Below, in pieces: positions 25,142 through 34,028 of a DNA stretch of 49,526 bases (its first letter is position 1; each line of letters starts with the position of its first letter). Source of the stretch: Escherichia phage Henu7. The stretch is from the sequence record NC_054894.1; one strand, written 5' to 3'. The translations under genes were made by a program, and so were the position numbers. The notes under the pieces are model-generated. The model worked only from the letters and a program-made list of their open reading frames with translations. It searched no databases and had not been told where the DNA came from.

Positions 25142-25270
25142 ATGGATAACTACGAAAAACCGTCTCAGTGGTGCGCACGCAAGCAGGAGGAGGCACTTGA
25201 GCGAGGAGACCAGAGAGCGTCTTTAAATTATTTTCAGATGTTCCAACTTTGGCAGAGCAGAGGACTATAA
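25142..25270 (+). CDS. small hypothetical protein (42 aa)
   Basis: RBS GGAGGTG before ATG 25142; track ORF 25085 has no RBS. Confidence 0.4.
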   Translation: MDNYEKPSQWCARKQEEALERGDQRASLNYFQMFQLWQSRGL

Positions 25271-25271
25271 A

Positions 25272-25502
25272 ATGTTCGGATTGAATGAGGCAGAATTCAA
25301 CATCGTCAAGCGTGCGGCAAAAGATTGCGTAAACGAGATCGCTGATCGCATTGAGCAGAAGGACGAGAAATATGATCGCATTGCTGCGGGTATTATCTGC
25401 AAACACTATCAGCCGATTAGCACTCTTCTGACGAAAACGCAGTTTATATGGCTCGCCGGATATCTGCGCGGAAGGTGGGGAAAGAATTTTGACCGCGAAT
25501 GA
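25272..25502 (+). CDS. hypothetical protein
   Basis: Starts 2 nt after the upstream stop. Confidence 0.45.
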   Translation: MFGLNEAEFNIVKRAAKDCVNEIADRIEQKDEKYDRIAAGIICKHYQPISTLLTKTQFIWLAGYLRGRWGKNFDRE

Positions 25503-25644
25503 TTGACGTCACGGCTCTGATTGGTTAACCTAAGCCCCGTAAACATAAGAGGCTAAAACGAGCAACGCGCCAGGCGATACTGGCAACTACAGCGCCGCGC
25601 TGGTTATTCAACCGTAAGACGCGGCGTTTTAACAGGAGAAAGCA

Positions 25645-25812
25645 ATGAAACGATATCCAGAAGAAACAGCCAAAGTGACCATCATCGTAGAGCGAAACGG
25701 CGTTAAGACTCGCTACAAGAAACGATTCAAGAAAGGCGAGGCGATGTTAGGCCGAATCTCTGACTTCATGATCAAGATCCAAGAGGATAAGCCAGATGAA
25801 GTGGAAAGTTAA
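25645..25812 (+). CDS. small basic hypothetical protein (55 aa)
   Basis: RBS CAGGAGA; not in ORF track. Confidence 0.4.
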   Translation: MKRYPEETAKVTIIVERNGVKTRYKKRFKKGEAMLGRISDFMIKIQEDKPDEVES

Positions 25813-25981
25813 GCTGACCATCCGGCGAATGGGGCGACAATGCCGCTCATGCAAGCAAGTTTTTGAATGCGAGGTTTCAGCCTCAAACGAGGTAGAGGCG
25901 GCGCAGTTTGCAAAGGAGCTTTCTGGCGCAGATCCAGAAACACATAAATTTTCAATCGAGTATTTAAGGAGCTTATCATGA
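25796..25981 (+). CDS. hypothetical Cys-containing protein
   Basis: ORF overlapping the previous small ORF; CRSC...FEC motif. Confidence 0.4.
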   Translation: MKWKVKLTIRRMGRQCRSCKQVFECEVSASNEVEAAQFAKELSGADPETHKFSIEYLRSLS

Positions 25982-26211
25982 TCTTAGGTTTTGTAATTGG
26001 ATTCATTGCCGCTATCGTTATGGTTATGGTTATCGGCGGAGCAGCGCAGAAATACGCAATCAAAAAAGGCTGGTTTGCCTCCGCTATCTGGATCGAGAAA
26101 GAGAAGCGCTGGAAGGTGCGCGGTCGATTCCTCAGCGTGGCATCAAAGATTCATACTGGCATCCTGGAAGAGTACCGCTCAGGACGTAAAACCGTCAAAT
26201 ACGTAGATTAA
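25978..26211 (+). CDS. small membrane protein
   Basis: N-terminal TMD ILGFVIGFIAAIVMVMVIGG; ATG overlaps upstream stop. Confidence 0.5.
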   Translation: MILGFVIGFIAAIVMVMVIGGAAQKYAIKKGWFASAIWIEKEKRWKVRGRFLSVASKIHTGILEEYRSGRKTVKYVD

Positions 26212-26215
26212 CCTA

Positions 26216-26241
26216 AGCCCCGCGTTTGCGGGGTTTTTTTG
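26216..26241 (+). terminator. intrinsic terminator ending rightward early operon
   Basis: Hairpin CCCCGCGTTTGCGGGG followed by TTTTTTT. Confidence 0.75.
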
Positions 26242-26245
26242 TGCC

Positions 26246-26254
26246 TGTTATAAT
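26246..26254 (+). promoter_or_regulatory. extended -10-like element TGTTATAAT upstream of terminase genes
   Basis: TGnTATAAT match 27 nt upstream of terS ATG; the downstream GCCTCC...GGAGGC inverted repeat could sequester the RBS. Confidence 0.35.
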
Positions 26255-26280
26255 TGGCCTCCAACAAGAGGAGGCTAACC

Positions 26281-26811
26281 ATGAGCAGAGAAGAAAAGCA
26301 AAAGCCATTCACGGCTTACAATTTCAAGAAGCTATATAACAAGCAATATGGCGACATTGCCACGTTAGGCAAGCAACACCGATACACGCCGGAGCAGGTT
26401 TTCAATCTTGCGGTCAAATACTTTGAATGGGCGGAATCCAATGCACTAAAGGCGGCTGAATCTTCATCGTTCCAGGGTCGCACGTACCAGGATGAAGTAA
26501 ACAAGCCACGCGTTTTCACGTTCAACGGTCTGCGCCTGTTTTGCGGCTGGTCGCGCTGTGCTATGGAGAAATGGAAGAAAGAGCCTGGCTTCTCTGAGGT
26601 CATGGAGTTTATCGAATCTGTGATCTATGAGCAGAAATTCCAGCTTGCGGCTAACGGCGTGATTAACGCTGCATTCATCGCCAAAGACTTGGGGGTTGAT
26701 CAGCCGACGCAAATCAACGTTAGCGCAAACTCCGAGTCAAGCGCTGCAATCGCAGAGGTTGGGGCTGATGAAGTGCGCGAGGCGGTTCGTGATATCCTGG
26801 CGGAGATCTGA
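26281..26811 (+). CDS. terminase small subunit
   Basis: Position directly before the large terminase; RBS GAGGAGG; ORF trimmed to ATG 26281; N-terminal DNA-binding-like region. Confidence 0.55.
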   Translation: MSREEKQKPFTAYNFKKLYNKQYGDIATLGKQHRYTPEQVFNLAVKYFEWAESNALKAAESSSFQGRTYQDEVNKPRVFTFNGLRLFCGWSRCAMEKWKKEPGFSEVMEFIESVIYEQKFQLAANGVINAAFIAKDLGVDQPTQINVSANSESSAAIAEVGADEVREAVRDILAEI

Positions 26812-26813
26812 TT

Positions 26814-28385
26814 ATGCTTATATGGGAAGATTTAACAGTGGCGCAGAAACGCGCCATTAAAGAAATGAGTGAATACTCTTTTGAGAAGATGATCCGAATC
26901 TGGTTCCAGTTGCTACAGGGTCAGAAATTCCTGGGTAACTGGCATTTCAGTTATTTGTGTCACGAGGTGGAGAAAATCATTTCCGGCGAGTCGCAAAACG
27001 TGATCTTTAACATCACGCCAGGCTCAGGCAAAACTGAGGTTTTCTCGATCCATATGTCGCCCTATGCGTCACTGAAAAGCAGGAAGGTGCGAAACCTCAA
27101 CCTGTCATTCTCTGATGGGCTTGTCCAGCAGAACAGCAACCGGATAAAAGAAATTATAGGCTCTCCAGAGTGGCAAGAGTTATGGCCTGGCAAGCTGGCA
27201 AAAGCAAGCGCAAAAGATCTGATTGTTCAGGACGGCAACGGCAAGGTTAAATTGCAGGTCAACTCTCGCTCCATCGGCGGCCAGGTAACGGGTTTGCGTG
27301 GCGGCTATATGGATGATGGATTTACCGGAATGTTGGTACTTGACGATCCAGATAAACCTGACGACATGTTTTCAAAGGTGCGGCGCGAAGCGATTCACAA
27401 CCGCCTAAAAAACACCGTCCGATCTCGTCGAATGAAGGACACAACGCCTATCGTGATGGTTCAGCAGCGGCTACACGTCAACGATTCGACGTGGTTTATG
27501 ACGAGCGGCGGCATGGGCGGCATTGAGTTTAAAGTTGTGAGCATTCCGGCGCTGGTCACGAAAGAGTATGGCGATTCGCTCCCTGATTGGTTAAAACCAG
27601 AGTTTGAGCGTGACGTGCTGAATAGCGATCCAGTTTACATTGACGGCGTGGCGCACTACTCATTCTGGCCTGCAAAGGAGAGTGCAAAGGACTTGCTCTC
27701 GCTACGCGAAGCTGATCCATATACTTTTGCGTCTCAGTACCAGCAGCAGCCAATAGCGCTGGGTGGCAACGTATTCAAGGTGGATTGGTTCCAGTTTTAC
27801 GGCGACGGCGAGAAATGCACGCTGCCTAAACCGGATCGCTTTGAATATACGTTTATCACTGGCGATACTGCGCAGAAAGCCGGAGAGCTTAACGACTACT
27901 CTGTTTTCTGTTATTGGGGCATGTTCAAGAATCGCGTTTACTTCATTGACGGCATCCGTGGAAAGTGGGAGGCTCCAGAACTTGAAACCAACTTCAAGGC
28001 GTTTGTCAATCAATGCTGGAAGCGTAATAAAGAGTGCGGAAGCTTGCGACGGATCCACATAGAGGACAAAGCGAGCGGTACGGGTCTGATTCAGGGGGCG
28101 CAAAAGAGCTTACCTATTGATATAAATCCCGTTCAGCGAAGCACGGACAAAGTTACCCGCGCAATGGATGCCGCGCCAGTTATGCGAGCAGGACGCGTTG
28201 CGCTGCCAGAGAGTCACCCGATGTTAAACGAGATTCTCGCAGAGGTAGCAGCTTTCACTTTCGACGACTCGCACCCGAACGACGATATCGTAGATAACAT
28301 CGTTGATGCTGTTAACGTTGAAATGAACCTGGCAGACGATCCAGTAGCGCGAATGAAAAAGCTTGCTGGGCTACGGAAGAAATAG
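26814..28385 (+). CDS. terminase large subunit
   Basis: 523 aa; P-loop-like ITPGSGKTE; acidic nuclease-type C-terminal half; followed by portal gene. Confidence 0.75.
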   Translation: MLIWEDLTVAQKRAIKEMSEYSFEKMIRIWFQLLQGQKFLGNWHFSYLCHEVEKIISGESQNVIFNITPGSGKTEVFSIHMSPYASLKSRKVRNLNLSFSDGLVQQNSNRIKEIIGSPEWQELWPGKLAKASAKDLIVQDGNGKVKLQVNSRSIGGQVTGLRGGYMDDGFTGMLVLDDPDKPDDMFSKVRREAIHNRLKNTVRSRRMKDTTPIVMVQQRLHVNDSTWFMTSGGMGGIEFKVVSIPALVTKEYGDSLPDWLKPEFERDVLNSDPVYIDGVAHYSFWPAKESAKDLLSLREADPYTFASQYQQQPIALGGNVFKVDWFQFYGDGEKCTLPKPDRFEYTFITGDTAQKAGELNDYSVFCYWGMFKNRVYFIDGIRGKWEAPELETNFKAFVNQCWKRNKECGSLRRIHIEDKASGTGLIQGAQKSLPIDINPVQRSTDKVTRAMDAAPVMRAGRVALPESHPMLNEILAEVAAFTFDDSHPNDDIVDNIVDAVNVEMNLADDPVARMKKLAGLRKK

Positions 28386-28400
28386 CACGAATTGCTAAAA
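28382..28400 (+). promoter_or_regulatory. palindromic element between terminase and portal genes
   Basis: ATAGCACGAATTGCTAAAA, then terminator-like hairpin GGCTGGACTTTTCCAGCC plus T-run at 28413..28440. Confidence 0.4.
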
Positions 28401-28456
28401 GCGTGTACAATGAAGGCTGGACTTTTCCAGCCTTTTTTATTATGGGAGATCAGATA

Positions 28457-29737
28457 ATGACCGAGAAAACAAAACTCGTTAAGGCTGACGGCTACAACGA
28501 GATCTTTAAGGGAGAGCAGCGAGTAGAAACGCCATTTTATATGCAGGGCGGCGTTGCAAAACAAAGTCTTGCAACATTCTACGAGCGTGACGGTATGGCA
28601 AAGAGAATCATCGACGTGATCCCTGAGGACATGGTTACGCCAGGCTTTAACGTTGACGGCGTGAAAGACGAGGCAGCATTCCGCTCTTTGTGGGATGAAA
28701 AGAAGCTAAACGCTAAAATCATTGACGCGCTTTGCTGGTCGCGCTTGTTTGGCGGCTCCGCTATTGTCGCAGTTATCAACGATGGGCGCATGTTGAAATC
28801 TCCAGTTAAAGAGGGAGCGCCACTTGAAGATATTCGCGTTTATGACCGATTCCAGATCCGAGTTGAGAAGCGAGAAACAAACGCGCGTAGCGTGCGCTAC
28901 GGCGAGCCTGTTTTGTACACCATCATGCCAGGCGGCGAGATTCCAGAGTATCAGGTGCATTACACGCGAATCTGCATTATTGACGGAGAGCGCTTGCCTA
29001 ACGAGCAGCGCCGGAAAAATGATGGTTGGGGTGCGTCAGTCCTCAACAAGAAGCTGATCGAAGCAATCCACGATTACAACTATTGTGAGGAGTTAGCAAC
29101 TCAGCTTTTACGACGCAAGCAGCAAGCAGTTTGGAAAGCCAAAGGACTCGCTGATTTGTGCGACGATGAAGAAGGTATGTCGGCGGCGCGGCTGCGATTG
29201 GCTCAAGTTGACGACGAGGGCGGCGTTGGTAAGGCAATCGGCATTGACGCAAATGACGAGGAATACGAGGTGCTTAACTCTGATATTTCCGGCGTAGACG
29301 CTTTCCTTGAGAAGAAAATGGATCGCATCGTTTCGCTTACTGGCATCCATGAAATCATCTTGAAGAACAAAAACACCGGAGGCGTTAGCGCAAGCCAAAA
29401 CACCGCGCTTGATACATACCACAAGCTAATTGAGCGCAAGCGCAAAGAGGACTACAAGCCGATCCTGGAGTTCCTCTTGCCATTCATGATCGCAGAGCAA
29501 GAATGGTCTATTTCGTTTGATCCGCTTTCGGTTCCAAGTAGCAAAGACCAGGCTGAGATCTTGAATAAAAACATTGAATCGATCAGTAAGGCGATTGAAG
29601 GTCAGTTTATGGATGTTGAGGAAGGACGCGACACATTGAGATCTATCGCTCCATCTCTTAAACTGAAAGACGGCAACAAAATCAAGCTACCGGAGCCGGA
29701 GCAGGAACCGGAGCCGGAGCCAGGAACGGAGGTCTAA
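28457..29737 (+). CDS. portal protein
   Basis: About 427 aa directly after terminase; RBS GGGAG before ATG 28457; acidic C-terminus with EPEPEP repeats. Confidence 0.65.
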   Translation: MTEKTKLVKADGYNEIFKGEQRVETPFYMQGGVAKQSLATFYERDGMAKRIIDVIPEDMVTPGFNVDGVKDEAAFRSLWDEKKLNAKIIDALCWSRLFGGSAIVAVINDGRMLKSPVKEGAPLEDIRVYDRFQIRVEKRETNARSVRYGEPVLYTIMPGGEIPEYQVHYTRICIIDGERLPNEQRRKNDGWGASVLNKKLIEAIHDYNYCEELATQLLRRKQQAVWKAKGLADLCDDEEGMSAARLRLAQVDDEGGVGKAIGIDANDEEYEVLNSDISGVDAFLEKKMDRIVSLTGIHEIILKNKNTGGVSASQNTALDTYHKLIERKRKEDYKPILEFLLPFMIAEQEWSISFDPLSVPSSKDQAEILNKNIESISKAIEGQFMDVEEGRDTLRSIAPSLKLKDGNKIKLPEPEQEPEPEPGTEV

Positions 29738-29740
29738 TCC

Positions 29741-30490
29741 ATGAAGGTAAAAGGAATCGTTAAACAGTGGCGATTCCCCGAAGCCAGCGAGCGGCAATTA
29801 AGCCGCTCCATTAAAGAGGCTGTAAGGGATCTTGTTGTGTTTATGCGCAGCAAAACAAAGGCGATGAAGTTTGATGCTACAGATCAGGAGATCAGCAGCG
29901 CAGAGGACGAGATCAAGGAGTTCGCAAAAGATCTTGCTCTCTCCCTGATTGGTCTGCTTCCCGCGCTCGCGTCGGCTGTTTACAAGTTCAACTCAAAGCA
30001 GTGGGTTAATGTTGCGAAGTCAACCGGAGGGGCTAACAATCCAGTTATCATCCTGCTAATCGCAGTCGGAGCCAATCAGGGCGAGGATTGGTATAAAACA
30101 CTTTACGGAGAGTGGTACAACATGAGCGCCGCCTCGTTTGACAAGCTTTTCACCAACATAATTAACGACTGGTCTGCTAACATACGCCAGGCCAATTTCA
30201 CCGGAAAGAAAGCGGATCAGGTGAACGAGATCGCGGAACGTCGTTTCATGGTCTACTCGTCTTGGGCTGGAAACCGCGCAACGGGAATCATTGGATCGTG
30301 GAATAGCCGACTCATGCGCCAGAGGTTGCTAGATGCTGGGGTGAATTCTTATTACTGGCATGGTATGCTAGACGAGCGCGAGCGACTCAAGCACTTACAA
30401 TGGGAGGGAAAGGAGATCGGGATTGACGAGATTCACCCGTTCCCTGGTGAGGAGTACGGTTGCAGATGTTGGGCGATTCCAAAATGGTAG
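29741..30490 (+). CDS. head morphogenesis / minor capsid protein
   Basis: Position after portal; size 249 aa; assignment by synteny only. Confidence 0.45.
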   Translation: MKVKGIVKQWRFPEASERQLSRSIKEAVRDLVVFMRSKTKAMKFDATDQEISSAEDEIKEFAKDLALSLIGLLPALASAVYKFNSKQWVNVAKSTGGANNPVIILLIAVGANQGEDWYKTLYGEWYNMSAASFDKLFTNIINDWSANIRQANFTGKKADQVNEIAERRFMVYSSWAGNRATGIIGSWNSRLMRQRLLDAGVNSYYWHGMLDERERLKHLQWEGKEIGIDEIHPFPGEEYGCRCWAIPKW

Positions 30491-30501
30491 AGGAGAATTG
30501 A

Positions 30502-31617
30502 ATGAAAAAGGTACAGCGTTTTGATAGCGTTCAGGTGAAAGCAAAGATTGACGAGCACGGTTTTCTTGTAGACCGTCCGATTGTTGCCCGTATCGGATTG
30601 CAGGTTTACAAGACTCCGTTTGGAGAGCGTCGAGAGTTTCGCCCAGCCTCCGAGGTTTTCAAGGCTGACTCATTGGCTACGTTCTCAGGGAAGCCGATCA
30701 CAATCGGTCACGTAACAGTTACGCCGGAGAATGCAAAAGAGGTTGTAGTTGGTGCGTGTGCTGGCGCTGGCGTGCCAAACGGGATCGGCGTTGAGGTTCC
30801 GTTGAGCATTTACGACAAGCGAGCCATTCAGAGCGCGAAGGAAAAACAGACGGCGGAGTTATCGGTTGGTTACACCTCCGTTGATATTGATAAACCAGGT
30901 TGGGGTAATAATGCCACTGGTGAGTATTTCTTTGATGAAGATATGCCTGAGGGCTGGAAAGCTGACTCGGATGATTGGGTGCGATTCGATGCGGTTCAAA
31001 CGAATATCAGCGTGAATCATATCGCTATGGTGTTCAAAGGCCGCGCAGGTATCGCAAAATTAAATCTTGATAGCGAGCAGGAATTCCCGTATCATGACGA
31101 GGAATTTTCAAACAAAGAGGATGAAGTTATGACCGTAAAAATCAAACTGGACGGCGCTGTAGAGTTTGACGTGCCAAAAGAGGTGGCAGCTCACATCAAC
31201 GAGATCACCGCAAAAGCAGATGAAGCAACCGCAAAAGCTGACGGACTGGAAGCGGAGCGTGATGCACTGCAAGCGAAAGTAGACGGCATTCCGGCACAAA
31301 TCGAGGCTGCGGTTGCTCAGGCAAAAGCTGACGCAGAGGCGCACGCCGAACTGGTTGCGGTTGCTGGTGAGGCAGGCGTTAAGTGCGACGGCCTGGACGC
31401 AAAAGCGATCAAAGTTGCCTACGTCAAAGAGGTTACTGGCGCTGACATTGCAGAGAAAACCGACGCTTATATTGATGCGGCGTTTGATCTGGCGAAAAAC
31501 TCTGATAAAATGGCAGCACAGCGCAAAGCCATTAAAGGCGATGCAGAGAAGCAAGAGAAGCAAGACGGCGAAGATAAACCGCTGAATCCTGCGGCTCGTT
31601 TGGCTAAAGTACAGTAA
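30502..31617 (+). CDS. capsid scaffolding protein (possible protease-scaffold)
   Basis: Ala/Lys/Glu-rich coiled-coil C-terminal half, position before capsid genes. Confidence 0.45.
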   Translation: MKKVQRFDSVQVKAKIDEHGFLVDRPIVARIGLQVYKTPFGERREFRPASEVFKADSLATFSGKPITIGHVTVTPENAKEVVVGACAGAGVPNGIGVEVPLSIYDKRAIQSAKEKQTAELSVGYTSVDIDKPGWGNNATGEYFFDEDMPEGWKADSDDWVRFDAVQTNISVNHIAMVFKGRAGIAKLNLDSEQEFPYHDEEFSNKEDEVMTVKIKLDGAVEFDVPKEVAAHINEITAKADEATAKADGLEAERDALQAKVDGIPAQIEAAVAQAKADAEAHAELVAVAGEAGVKCDGLDAKAIKVAYVKEVTGADIAEKTDAYIDAAFDLAKNSDKMAAQRKAIKGDAEKQEKQDGEDKPLNPAARLAKVQ

Positions 31618-31629
31618 GGAGAAATAAAC

Positions 31630-32109
31630 ATGGCAATTCCAGCAACTTATCAAGCTACAATGGCACGCGCACTGCCTGGCCAGGTATCCGACACCTCAGC
31701 TTATAACATCGACGGCGCTTGCGTTCTTGACGGCAGCGCGAATGTGTTCGTTGGCGTAGCGGTTCAGAATGGCGGCGTTGATTCTATGGGTAACAAGCTG
31801 ATCAAGCCTATGGCATCCGGCGGCGCAGCTTACGGCGTGGCGATTCGCTCCCACTTCCAGACAACTTCCGCTGATGGTCGAATGGTTTACGTGCCTGGCG
31901 GCGGGATCAACGTAATGAACGAGGGTCGCGTTTGGATGCTGGCTGTAGATGGTCAGACTCAACAGCCATATGGCACTGCGATCAAGGTTGACGAATCTAC
32001 TGGTAAAGTAGATACCACTTCCGGCACTGTAGAGCCGAACTGGATCGCAACTGGCGACTTCACTGAGTTTGACGGCCTCAAGCTGATCGAGGTACAGGTT
32101 AAACCGTAA
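31630..32109 (+). CDS. capsid-associated structural protein, paralog A
   Basis: Shares motifs GRVWM and ATGDF with the next ORF; RBS AAGGAGA. Confidence 0.4.
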   Translation: MAIPATYQATMARALPGQVSDTSAYNIDGACVLDGSANVFVGVAVQNGGVDSMGNKLIKPMASGGAAYGVAIRSHFQTTSADGRMVYVPGGGINVMNEGRVWMLAVDGQTQQPYGTAIKVDESTGKVDTTSGTVEPNWIATGDFTEFDGLKLIEVQVKP

Positions 32110-32113
32110 TAAA

Positions 32114-32141
32114 CAGGGCGCTCATTGAGCGCCTTTTTTTA
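32114..32141 (+). terminator. intrinsic terminator
   Basis: Hairpin GGCGCTCATTGAGCGCC followed by TTTTTTT. Confidence 0.7.
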
Positions 32142-32153
32142 TGGAGGTGTTAA

Positions 32154-32615
32154 ATGATTGATTACGGAGTCATTTCTGGATGCGCAAATCCTGGGTATCT
32201 CGTTGATTCTACGATAAGCGTTATAAACGGCGGCGGCGTTGTATATGGCGATGCTGTTTTCCCTGGGTTTGCCGTGTCTCACTACGGGATTATTGATAGC
32301 TGTCACACATACGGTCAATTTGATGGTGATCGAGCCGCTTGCGGTATTGTGATCGCAGGTAATGAAATTTGCGTTGAGGATGGAATACCTAACGGGGAAG
32401 CTTTGAGCGTTTTAGTTAAGGGCAGAGTTTGGGCTGTAATGCTTTCAGATGAAGGAGCGCCGAGAGAGGGCGATAGCGTCATGATCTCAGATGGTGGCGT
32501 GATAACTTCACTCGCTGAGCGGTTCATTCAAGCCCCTAGAGGCTGGGTATTTACCGGAGACTACGAGAAATTTTCTCATGATCTATCACTAGTTGGCGTG
32601 TGGATTACCCAATAA
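32154..32615 (+). CDS. capsid-associated structural protein, paralog B
   Basis: Motifs GRVWA and FTGDYE parallel the preceding ORF. Confidence 0.4.
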   Translation: MIDYGVISGCANPGYLVDSTISVINGGGVVYGDAVFPGFAVSHYGIIDSCHTYGQFDGDRAACGIVIAGNEICVEDGIPNGEALSVLVKGRVWAVMLSDEGAPREGDSVMISDGGVITSLAERFIQAPRGWVFTGDYEKFSHDLSLVGVWITQ

Positions 32616-32634
32616 CATAAAAACATATTGCACG

Positions 32635-32654
32635 TTTAGCAAAAAGTGCTATCA
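32635..32654 (-). promoter_or_regulatory. palindromic element (inverted orientation) plus hairpin upstream of major capsid gene
   Basis: Plus strand reads TTTAGCAAAAAGTGCTATCA, then hairpin GGCTGTTAATCGCTAACAGCC, RBS AAGGAGA. Confidence 0.4.
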
Positions 32655-32696
32655 TTGAGGCTGTTAATCGCTAACAGCCTTTAAGGAGAAAGAAAC

Positions 32697-33659
32697 ATGA
32701 CTAAAAAGTATGACGAATTTGACGCTAGCGTAGTTACCGCTCACCTGCAAATGCAGGGCGTTAAGGCTGACGCTTCCGACATGGGTATCTGGACTGCGCA
32801 GGAGCTTCACAAGATCCGCTCCTCTGCATACGAAAAAGAATACCCTGTAGGCTCCGCACTGCGTGTGTTCCCTGTCACCAACGAACTGAGCGACACGGAT
32901 AAGACTTTCGAATACCAGACTTTCGATAAAGTTGGCTACGCGAAAATCATCGCAGACTACACCGACGACCTGCCAACCGTTGACGCGCTTATGTCTACTG
33001 AGTTTGGTAAGGTGTTCCGCCTGGGTAACGCGTTCCTGATCTCCATTGACGAAATCAAAGCGGGTCAACGTACTGGTAAGAGCCTGAGCGCTCGCAAGGC
33101 AAACGCCGCGCAGAATGCTCACGATCAGCTTGTTAACTTCCTGGTGTTCAAGGGTTCCAATCCGCACAAAATTCTGAGCGTGTTTGATCACCCTAACCTC
33201 ACCAAGATTGTTGCGGCTAAACAGTGGTACGACTCAAGCACCAAGACGAAAGAGCCAGAGCAAGCTTTCGACGATCTGACTGCGGCAATCGAAGCGCTGG
33301 AAACTCAGACCAATGGGCAGCACCGCGCAACCCACATTCTGATCCCTCCAAGCGTGCGCAAAGTCCTGACGGTTCGCATGGAAAACACTACTGAGAGCTA
33401 CCTGGAATACTTCCAGAAGCAAAACGGCGGTATCACCATTGAAGCAATCGCAGAGCTTGAAGATATCGACGGCTCAGGCGGCAAGGGCGTACTGGTGTAC
33501 GAAAAAGATCCAATGAATATGTCCATTGAGATCCCTGAGGCATTCAATATGCTACCAGCGCAGCCTAAAGACCTGCATTTCAAAGTGCCTTGCACCTCTA
33601 AATGCACTGGCCTGACAATCTATCGCCCGTTAACTCTTGTGTTAATCACTGGCGTGTAA
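32697..33659 (+). CDS. major capsid protein
   Basis: 320 aa, strong RBS, dedicated upstream unit and strong downstream terminator; position in head module. Confidence 0.55.
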   Translation: MTKKYDEFDASVVTAHLQMQGVKADASDMGIWTAQELHKIRSSAYEKEYPVGSALRVFPVTNELSDTDKTFEYQTFDKVGYAKIIADYTDDLPTVDALMSTEFGKVFRLGNAFLISIDEIKAGQRTGKSLSARKANAAQNAHDQLVNFLVFKGSNPHKILSVFDHPNLTKIVAAKQWYDSSTKTKEPEQAFDDLTAAIEALETQTNGQHRATHILIPPSVRKVLTVRMENTTESYLEYFQKQNGGITIEAIAELEDIDGSGGKGVLVYEKDPMNMSIEIPEAFNMLPAQPKDLHFKVPCTSKCTGLTIYRPLTLVLITGV

Positions 33660-33664
33660 TATCA

Positions 33665-33700
33665 TGGGAGCCTCTTTGGAGGTTCCCTTTTTTTTTATTC
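33665..33700 (+). terminator. intrinsic terminator
   Basis: Hairpin GGGAGCCTCTTTGGAGGTTCCC followed by T10. Confidence 0.7.
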
Positions 33701-33713
33701 AGGAGATAAAGTA

Positions 33714-33986
33714 ATGGCTAAAGAAAAAAATGTAACACTTGTAAACTCTGGCGTTTGCTCAATTTTCATCAAAGGTGATCGCTATGTTCCAGGTGATGAA
33801 ATTGAAGTCCTTGAGTCGGATCTGGAAACTTCCGGCATTGAAATGTTGATCGCTCGCGGCGATCTGAAAGTTAAGAACGACGAAGAAAAGACCGAAGAAG
33901 TAAGGGAGCGCGTTACCAAGCGCAAGAAAGCAAGCCCAACCGAGGGCAAGACGAAAAACGAGCTTGAGGACGGCGGCGAGTTTTAA
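33714..33986 (+). CDS. hypothetical Lys/Glu-rich protein flanked by two terminators
   Basis: RBS AGGAGA; terminators on both sides. Confidence 0.5.
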   Translation: MAKEKNVTLVNSGVCSIFIKGDRYVPGDEIEVLESDLETSGIEMLIARGDLKVKNDEEKTEEVRERVTKRKKASPTEGKTKNELEDGGEF

Positions 33987-33991
33987 TAACA

Positions 33992-34018
33992 AGGGAGCCT
34001 ATGCTCCCTTTTCTTTTA
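33992..34018 (+). terminator. intrinsic terminator
   Basis: Hairpin GGGAGCCTATGCTCCC followed by TTTTCTTTT. Confidence 0.65.
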
Positions 34019-34028
34019 GGGGGAAATC

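Noticed and set aside
25503-25644. 140-nt intergenic region considered as a possible tRNA or small RNA
   Set aside because: No tRNA-like cloverleaf or conserved T-loop found by eye; it contains a degenerate copy of the TTAACCTAAGCCCCG terminator word (25525..25539, second copy at 26208..26222) and a weak hairpin, so it is more likely a decayed terminator.-
31108-31653. 181-aa minus-strand ORF inside the scaffold gene
   Set aside because: Antisense to a well-supported structural gene with no regulatory signals; Cys/Phe-rich low-complexity translation.-
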